In this document: positions 57,318-64,000 of the stretch, piece by piece
How the letters are laid out: every line of letters starts with the position of its first letter
Numbering within the stretch: the first letter of the stretch is position 1
From: Gemmatimonadota bacterium
GTDB lineage: Bacteria > Gemmatimonadota > Gemmatimonadetes > Gemmatimonadales > GWC2-71-9
Length of the DNA: 64,000 nt
NCBI GenBank assembly: GCA_039586365.1
Contig: JBDHKN010000033.1
Coordinates: 1-64,000 of the forward strand
Reading direction: 5' to 3'
The notes under the pieces: generated by a model
What the model was told of the DNA's origin: nothing
What the model saw: the letters and a program-made list of their open reading frames with translations, nothing else
Database searches by the model: none
Program-made: the position numbers and the translations under genes

Positions 57318-58289
57318 TCACACCAAAACTTCGCGACCTCGCTGCACCACTCGGCCATCGATTTCGATAGTGGGTTGCCACATCAACAAGTCATAGTGGG
57401 TGGGAGCTACTACGTTGCCGCCCAGAGTGTGACTCGTACCGATGCCAATGTGGATGGTGCCCATGACACCTTCGTCATCCAACATACGTCCCGTCAGCTG
57501 AGCGTTGGGATTGAGCCCGATCCCGAGTTCGGCGACGTTGTAACAATTGCGGTCGTTGTGTGAGTCGAGAGCTGCCCTCAGTATCTGTGCCTGTTTGCCT
57601 CCCCGCATGCTAGTGATATACCCATCCTCCACAGAACACTCTATGGGCTGATCCAAGATGCCGATGCTCAGGTAAGGAACGCTGGCATCGGCTACCAGCC
57701 GACCTTGGCTCGAGCCTTCGACAGGCACAACGTTGACCTCGATATCTGGTACCGGCGCTAGCTCGCCGGGGTCCGGAATGTTGGTGAGCACGTTGGCCGT
57801 GCGCCCAGTGATGGAAAACGTGAGGTCCGTTCCATGAGGTGACCTGAGTCGGAGGCGTTCGCCACGAGCTAAAACTGTTCCGAGCCTCCTGCAGAGTGCA
57901 GCTTGCGCCTGGAAGTCTGTCTCCAGCAGTGCTGCCGAGGTGAGGATTTCCTCAGTGTATGCAGTCATCAAGATGGCCCGAGCGCCGCTATCCAGCGCGT
58001 TGCGCATGGCTCGGGTATGGGTAATCGATACCGATACCGCAGAGAAGATCACATGAGCCTGCCTCATCGCAGCCGCTGCCGGCAATGGTGGCTCTTGTCC
58101 GTCTTGCTCACGCTTTGGTATGACGCACGTAACCACTTCCGCGCCGAGGTCCCGAGCGGCAGACGCAACGAGGTCAGCTATCACCGCCAAATCCCTGTCT
58201 GCTATCACAACGACTGACTCTCCCGGCTGGACTCGGCCGTTCACCTCCACGAGCTTCCTGGCTCCGCGTTGCATCAGCTCCTGGGTCAT
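57318..58289 (-). CDS. Aminopeptidase T (M29)/NicX-like metalloenzyme
   Basis: GQEPP, GTDLTF, AELGIGLNP, DEGVMGTIHIGIG, THYD. Confidence 0.8.
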   Translation of the reverse strand: MTQELMQRGARKLVEVNGRVQPGESVVVIADRDLAVIADLVASAARDLGAEVVTCVIPKREQDGQEPPLPAAAAMRQAHVIFSAVSVSITHTRAMRNALDSGARAILMTAYTEEILTSAALLETDFQAQAALCRRLGTVLARGERLRLRSPHGTDLTFSITGRTANVLTNIPDPGELAPVPDIEVNVVPVEGSSQGRLVADASVPYLSIGILDQPIECSVEDGYITSMRGGKQAQILRAALDSHNDRNCYNVAELGIGLNPNAQLTGRMLDDEGVMGTIHIGIGTSHTLGGNVVAPTHYDLLMWQPTIEIDGRVVQRGREVLV

Positions 58290-58403
58290 GTTTCCTCCTT
58301 ACCGTGGGAACAAAGATGCTCTATTCTGTAGGCTTCTTGTACTGAGAGAGTCGTGGTTGTGGCGCCAACGGGCCCACAGCTGATGGCTGTCGGCTGATCG
58401 CTG

Positions 58404-59597
58404 ATGAAGAGACTGGCCGTGATTCCTGCCTACGCCTGGACATTTCTGGCCCTTGTAGCTGGGATCGTGCTCGGCGGGTCGCTACCAGGATTGTTGGAAC
58501 CCGTCGCTCGCGGCACAGCCAGTTTGATCCGGCTGATTGTTACGCTGGTGCCGCTTCTCATCGTCGCGGCGTTGAGCCCTGCGATAGCTACTCTGCTGCG
58601 TCGGGGTCTTGCTGGCAGGTTTGCTGGGTCGGTCATTCTCTGGTATGTGGGTAGCTCGGCGTTAGCCGGACTGATCGGGTTGATCGTCGCCTCACTCGTT
58701 TTCGGCCTACCGGTTTCCACGGGTTCAGCGGGTGCCTGGGCGGAAGCGGCGCACATGTTTCGGGCGCTGGCAGAGCAACGCAACGCTTCGCTTCCTCTGC
58801 TAGCTATCGTGATCTCAGTCCTATTGGGAGCGGTGGCACTCAGATTCGAGCCACTGTTTGGTGTCCTCGCGAGGGTGGAGCAGGGGATCGCCAATATCGG
58901 CAACCGAGTGGGCTTTGCGATGATCCCACTCATCTTCCTGTTCGGGATCTCAATTGGTGTGCGATTCGGGGCACGCTTGGGCATGGGGCACTATCTCACG
59001 ATGACAGGCTACACGGCGGCGTTGTGCTTGGTCTGGTCGTCGTTCTATGTGTTCATCGTGATCCGCTACTTGGCGCGACGAGACGTTGGCAAGGTGATCA
59101 CTGAGTATTACGTACCCACGGCCATCTTTGCCGCCGGAACCTGTTCTTCGCTTGCGACACTCCCGGTGAACCTGGCAAACTCGAAACGATACGGAGTCCG
59201 TGACGAAGTGGCTGACTTCGTACTGCCATTCGGTGCGGTAGTGAACCTGGACGCCTCCACCTTGATGTACATGGCGTACGCTCCGTTCGTGCTGACATAC
59301 ATCTTTGGCATCGAGATCGGCTGGACCATCTTGCTCGTCGCGTGGCCGGCACTCGTGCTCTTCACCATCGCAGCCCCGGGGCTCCCAGCAGGCATCGGAA
59401 CGGCTCTGTGGAGTTCCACACTTTTTGCGTCGATGGTAGGGCTCAAGGGCCAGGAAAGTGCTGACTTCATCGCCACCTGGATCGCGCTTTCGGGAGGGCT
59501 CCCCGATATGTTTCGTACCGCCACCAACTGCTCCGGTGACGGCTTCACGGCGATAGTGTTCGATAGTCTGTTTGAGCGATTCTTTGCCAAATCATAG
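58404..59597 (+). CDS. Dicarboxylate/amino acid:cation symporter (DAACS family)
   Basis: TCSSLATLP, LPFGAVVNLDA, DMFRTATN. Confidence 0.88.
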   Translation: MKRLAVIPAYAWTFLALVAGIVLGGSLPGLLEPVARGTASLIRLIVTLVPLLIVAALSPAIATLLRRGLAGRFAGSVILWYVGSSALAGLIGLIVASLVFGLPVSTGSAGAWAEAAHMFRALAEQRNASLPLLAIVISVLLGAVALRFEPLFGVLARVEQGIANIGNRVGFAMIPLIFLFGISIGVRFGARLGMGHYLTMTGYTAALCLVWSSFYVFIVIRYLARRDVGKVITEYYVPTAIFAAGTCSSLATLPVNLANSKRYGVRDEVADFVLPFGAVVNLDASTLMYMAYAPFVLTYIFGIEIGWTILLVAWPALVLFTIAAPGLPAGIGTALWSSTLFASMVGLKGQESADFIATWIALSGGLPDMFRTATNCSGDGFTAIVFDSLFERFFAKS

Positions 59598-59762
59598 CCG
59601 AACTTGATCGCCACCACAGATTGGCGGATCTTCCTTGTCGTACCAGCACATCGATGTCACGTCGGTGACGGGCCAGCCGAGCCGCGGCTGGAGACCGTGA
59701 CATGACTCGAACAAAGGCTGTTGACTTCGACGAAAGCGCGATGAAGGAGCTAAGGAATAACC

Positions 59763-61481
59763 ATGAAACAGCAACCGAAGTATTCACTACAGCTTTGCCT
59801 TCTCATCGCCCTTCTCGTGCCTCTGGTCGCACAGGGTCAAAGAGAAGACGCCCTCAGCCCTTCCTGGGACCGTTACCACAGCACCGCTGACGCGCACGCC
59901 TTGCTCCAGGCTTGGGCCGAGGAGTACCCTCAGCTCACCGAGTTGTACTCGATCGGCGAAACGCTGCAAGGCACGCCTCTCATGGTGCTAGAAATCACCA
60001 ACAAGGAGACAGGCAAGGCTCTGGAGAAGCCAGGGTACTACTACGACGGCAACATCCATGCGGGGGAGTTGACGGGAGCAGAAGTAGCCTTGCACTTCGC
60101 GTGGTATCTGCTGGCCAAGTATGGTGAGGACCCTCGTGTGACTCGCCTCGTCGACACCCGTACGCTGTATGTCCGTCCCAAGTTCAACCCGGATGGTGCG
60201 GACGTGGCGCTCACGTCCGTGCACAGCCCGCGCAGCACGCCGCGGCCCTATGACGAAGACAGCGACGGTCTACTCGACGAGGATCCTCCCAACGATCTCG
60301 ACGGGGATGGTGCAATCACACGGATGCGGATCAGGAACCCGGGTGGGCTGTGGAAGCAGAGTCCCCAGGATCCTCGAGTCATGGTTCGTCGCGGAGACGG
60401 CGAGGTGGATGGGGAGTTCTACGATCTCTATTCCGAAGGTATCGACGACGATGGCGACGGCTACTTCAATGAGGATGATGTCGGTGGCATCGACATGAAT
60501 CGGAATTTCCCGCGCAACTGGGGCCTCGAATTCGAACAGAGTGGAGCCGGCCCCTATCCCCTGTCAGAGCCAGAGACGCGCGCGACGATCGAGTTCATCA
60601 ACGGACACCGGAACATCACAGGCGTGTTTCACGGACACACGTCCGGCGGGTTTCTCTATCGACTGCCCTCGACTACGTCGTGGGACAACTTCGATATGGC
60701 GGACCAGAACCTCATTTTGGAATTGTCGCAGAAGTACGGCACAACCACGGGTCAGCCGGTGAGACCCAGTTACAGCAACCCCCGAGTTCACCGTTACGGT
60801 ACGCTAATCAGTTGGGCGTATTGGGATTTCGGAGTCGTTGGTTTCGTGCCGGAATTCTGGGGTGGTTTCGGCAGCGACTATGACGGCAACGGCTCCGTGA
60901 CCGAGGCAGAACGGCTGCGGTGGGATCAGGAGGTGCTGGGAGGAACGGGCTTTGCCGCTTGGACGACCCACGATCATGCGCAGCTCGGCGTCGTGGAGAT
61001 CGGCGGCTGGCGGACCCGGTTCACCCGCCAAAACCCTCCACCTCAGTTGCTCCGAGGGGAGATCGAGCTCTATGTGCCCTGGATGCTGTGGCTCGCCGAG
61101 GTTAGTCCGCGCATTGTGGTGCGGGACGCTGCGGGGACGCGAGTCAGCGACGGTGACATCTACAAAGTGACCGCAGAGGTCGAGAACGAGGGGTATCTAC
61201 CCACCAACATCACCCAGCGCGCGCTCGACACCGAGGTCGCGGTTCCGGTTCGCGTTACGGTCAGCCTCCGCGATGCCACATTGGTTGCCGGCCAAGAGCG
61301 AACGGAACTGGGCCATATCGCGGGCTCGCGTGATACGCAGGGGAGTGAAGGCAGAGCCGACTCTCGGCGTAGCGTCGAGTACGTAGTGCGGGTCACAGGT
61401 AGTCGGCCGGTGCTGGAGCTGACTGTATTCTCGGAGAAGGGAGGGGTGGTCCGGAGAGAGGTCGAGTTGCCGCGTCGCTGA
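59763..61481 (+). CDS. Secreted M14 zinc carboxypeptidase with DxDxDG Ca-binding-like loops
   Basis: Signal peptide, IHAGE, NPDG, DMNRNF, PLSEPET, HTSGG. Confidence 0.9.
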   Translation: MKQQPKYSLQLCLLIALLVPLVAQGQREDALSPSWDRYHSTADAHALLQAWAEEYPQLTELYSIGETLQGTPLMVLEITNKETGKALEKPGYYYDGNIHAGELTGAEVALHFAWYLLAKYGEDPRVTRLVDTRTLYVRPKFNPDGADVALTSVHSPRSTPRPYDEDSDGLLDEDPPNDLDGDGAITRMRIRNPGGLWKQSPQDPRVMVRRGDGEVDGEFYDLYSEGIDDDGDGYFNEDDVGGIDMNRNFPRNWGLEFEQSGAGPYPLSEPETRATIEFINGHRNITGVFHGHTSGGFLYRLPSTTSWDNFDMADQNLILELSQKYGTTTGQPVRPSYSNPRVHRYGTLISWAYWDFGVVGFVPEFWGGFGSDYDGNGSVTEAERLRWDQEVLGGTGFAAWTTHDHAQLGVVEIGGWRTRFTRQNPPPQLLRGEIELYVPWMLWLAEVSPRIVVRDAAGTRVSDGDIYKVTAEVENEGYLPTNITQRALDTEVAVPVRVTVSLRDATLVAGQERTELGHIAGSRDTQGSEGRADSRRSVEYVVRVTGSRPVLELTVFSEKGGVVRREVELPRR

Positions 61482-61626
61482 AGTGCAGTCGGCGTATTTG
61501 CACGCGATTCGACGGTGCTTGCGCCGTCCCACGACATCCGTTATTGACACTTGTCCGCGGGTCGGCTTGCTGGCCGACCCCGCCGGGGTGGCGTAACTTA
61601 GACTGGATGATCTCGAAAGTGCTCAG

Positions 61627-64000
61627 ATGACGGAAGACCTGCTGCAAGACCTCAAGGCGGCCCTGGCTAACCAGTACGACATAGAGGGCGAACTTGGTGA
61701 AGGCGGAATGGCCTACGTCTTCGTTGCCCATGACATCAAGCACGACCGCAAGGTCGCCATCAAGGTACTGAAACCCGATTTAGCGTCTTCCATCGGAACC
61801 GAGCGTTTCCTCCGGGAGATCAAGAACGCGGCCAAACTCAGTCACCCGCACATCCTGCCACTGTACGATTCGGGCGAGGCCGACGGGATTCTCTACTACG
61901 TGATGCCCTTGGTCGAGGGAGAATCTCTCTCCGACTACATCGCCAGAGAAAAGCAGCTCTCCATCGAAGAGGCGGTGAAGATCACCCGCGAAATAGCGGA
62001 GGCACTGAGCGTCGCGCACAGTTACGGACTGGTCCATCGCGACATCAAGCCGGATAACGTGATGATGACGGGGGGCCATGCTTTGGTGGCCGACTTCGGT
62101 ATTGCCCTCGCGGTAGATCAAGCGGGCGGCGAGAAACTCACGCAGACGGGCATGTCCATCGGGACGCCTGCGTACATGAGCCCCGAGCAGGCAGCCGGCA
62201 ATCCCAACCTGGACGGGCGGTCCGATATCTACAGCCTGGGCTGCATACTGTACGAGATGTTGATCGGGCAGATTCCTTTCACCGCCCCGACCCCCCAAGC
62301 AATGATCGCACGGCACACGATGGATCACATCACGCCGCCGAGCATCATGCGCGACACCATCCCGCCCGATCTGGAGAACATCATCATCACGGCGATGGAG
62401 AAGACGCCCGCCGATCGGTTCCGCACCGCTCAGGAGTTTGTCGAGGCGTTGGGTGCGGTAGAGCAGGGTGTTGCCCCGAAGGTACGCCTGTCCACGATGA
62501 CCCGCCGCCACACGACCGGAGTGTACGCGCCCCGAGCAGCGGACCGAAAGCGCAGCTGGGTCATCGGTGTCGTGGCTGCGGTGGTCCTGATAGCCGGAGG
62601 CGTCGCAGTCTGGCAGGTCTTCGGTGGGCCCACCTCGCGGACAGTTGGCGAGCTGGGTGGGCTCAACCCGCGCAGTGTGGCGGTGCTCTACTTCGATGAT
62701 TTGAGTCCCGATGGATCGCTGGGGTATGTGGCCGACGGCATCACCGAAGGATATCTCGCAACGGCGTGGCTCGCTATCGAGGGTCCGGCATTTCCGAAGA
62801 TAGCATAGCGCGCGCGCTCGAGACCGGCAGCTTGGTTACGGGTAGCGTCGAGCCCGAGGGTGATCGGCTGCGAGTCACGGTCAGGCTGGTTGATGGGTTC
62901 AGCGGCGCCGACGTAGAGCGCACGACGGTGGCGCTGCCGGCAGAGAGACTGCTGGCGGTGCAGGATTCCGTCGCCGAGAACGTGGCGAGTTTCCTGCGGC
63001 AGCGTCTGGGCGAAGAGGTGAGACTGCGGGAGCGGCGGGCCGGTGCGACGGATGCCGTAGCATGGACGCTGGTGCAACGTGCCGAGCGTTTGCGGAAGGA
63101 CGCTTTCGAGCTGGAACAGGACGACCCGGAGCGAGCGATCCGGACCTACCGGGAGGCAGATTCCTTGGCGGCCCAGGCCGCAACGATCGATCCGCAATGG
63201 GTGGTGCCAGTAGTGTTGCGCGGCTGGCTTGCCTACGACCTGTCGTTCATGGCGGACGATATGCCGCAGCGGGTTGAGCGGGTGGAGAGCGCCATCGAGT
63301 ATGGCAATGCGGCTGTGGCCTTGGATCGGACTTACGGCGATGCGCTGCATCTGCGCGGCAGATCGCGTTATCTGCTGCGGCGCATGGAAATCACACCCAA
63401 TCCCCAGCAATTGGAACAGCTGCTCGAGGACGCGCGAGCCGATCTCGAGGCAGCGGTGGACGCGGACCCCACGTTGGCCAACGCCTGGTACGCGCTGAGC
63501 CAGCTGCATTACCATCGGGAGGACATCATGTCGGCCGTCATTGCTGCCAGACGAGCCTATGAGGCCGACGCGTTTCTCAGCAACCAGGATTATAACCTGT
63601 TGCGGCTGTACCAGACCCATTACGACCTGGAGCAGTTTTCCGATGCCCAGCGGTGGTGCGACGAGGGTGCCCGCCGGTTCCCCAGCGACTACCGGTTCGC
63701 CCAATGCCGGCTGTGGATGCTGATCTCGCCGTGGGCCCCGGCCGACGTGGATCTGGCTTGGCAGCTGGCCGGTGCCTTTGACACGCTCGTGCCTGCGCAG
63801 ATTGGAGAGCTGGAGCGGCATCGAACACGCATGGTGGTAGGGGGTGTTCTCGCCCGGGCTGACCTGGCCGACAGCGCACGCCACCTGCTGGAGGCGGCGC
63901 GGGCCGGGCCGGACATCGATCCCGACCAGCAGCTGGCCTCGGACGAGGCCGTGATGCGCATCCTGCTCGGCGATTACGACGAGGCTATCGAGCTGTTGAA
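61627..64000 (+). CDS. Hanks Ser/Thr kinase with TM, TolB-like N domain and TPRs; frameshift near 62750; 3' end outside window
   Basis: GEGGMA, VAIK, HRDIKPDN, DFG, GTPAYMSPEQ, SVAVLYF. From 62751 another frame continues ISRNGVARYRG...IARALETGSLVTGSVEPEGDRLRVTVRLVDG, apparently with no stop before the window end. Confidence 0.85.

Noticed and set aside
62688..63884. 398-aa minus-strand ORF and similar long antisense ORFs (46690-47649, 47848-48738, 48588-49505)
   Set aside because: Shadow frames of real GC-rich genes on the opposite strand, with no motifs.

Overview
GC-rich bacterial window, most consistent with an uncultured Gemmatimonadota genome (inferred from the TolB/TPR Ser/Thr kinases, the ACIII layout and the heptamer intergenic repeats; not proven). 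1-11 kb (minus strand) is an anaerobic benzoyl-CoA cluster: TetR, had, oah, SDR, thiolase plus DUF35, dch, ATP-dependent class I benzoyl-CoA reductase bcrCBAD, and a small Cys-containing ORF. Two further pieces are missing from the ORF track: a 28-codon crotonase remnant, and the first 28 codons of a gene matching the N-terminus of BamB, the tungsten subunit of the ATP-independent class II benzoyl-CoA reductase. Both reductase classes therefore appear to share one cluster, which is the main finding. 11-31 kb holds hydrolases, an ABC-2 exporter, a TetR-TolC-MFP-RND efflux operon, a nitrilase-family gene lacking its catalytic Lys, a GT4, a pseudokinase-kinase divergent from a double-FHA membrane protease, and dppBC. 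31-43.5 kb is a long uncharacterised operon: dppA with an in-frame TAG, GHMP kinase, heparinase-like lyase, trmJ, aminotransferase, two amidohydrolases, and DHDPS-like, DHODH-like and OSBS/NAAAR-like genes. 43.8-51 kb is Alternative Complex III actABCDEF, with actB frameshifted but retaining an FS0-type Cys motif. The rest carries xdhC, TonB-TPR, OPT-DUF1177-AroM-aminopeptidase, a DAACS symporter, an M14 peptidase and a frameshifted Ser/Thr kinase running off the end. No rRNA, tRNA, CRISPR array or transposase was recognised. All family calls come from motif recognition, not database searches.
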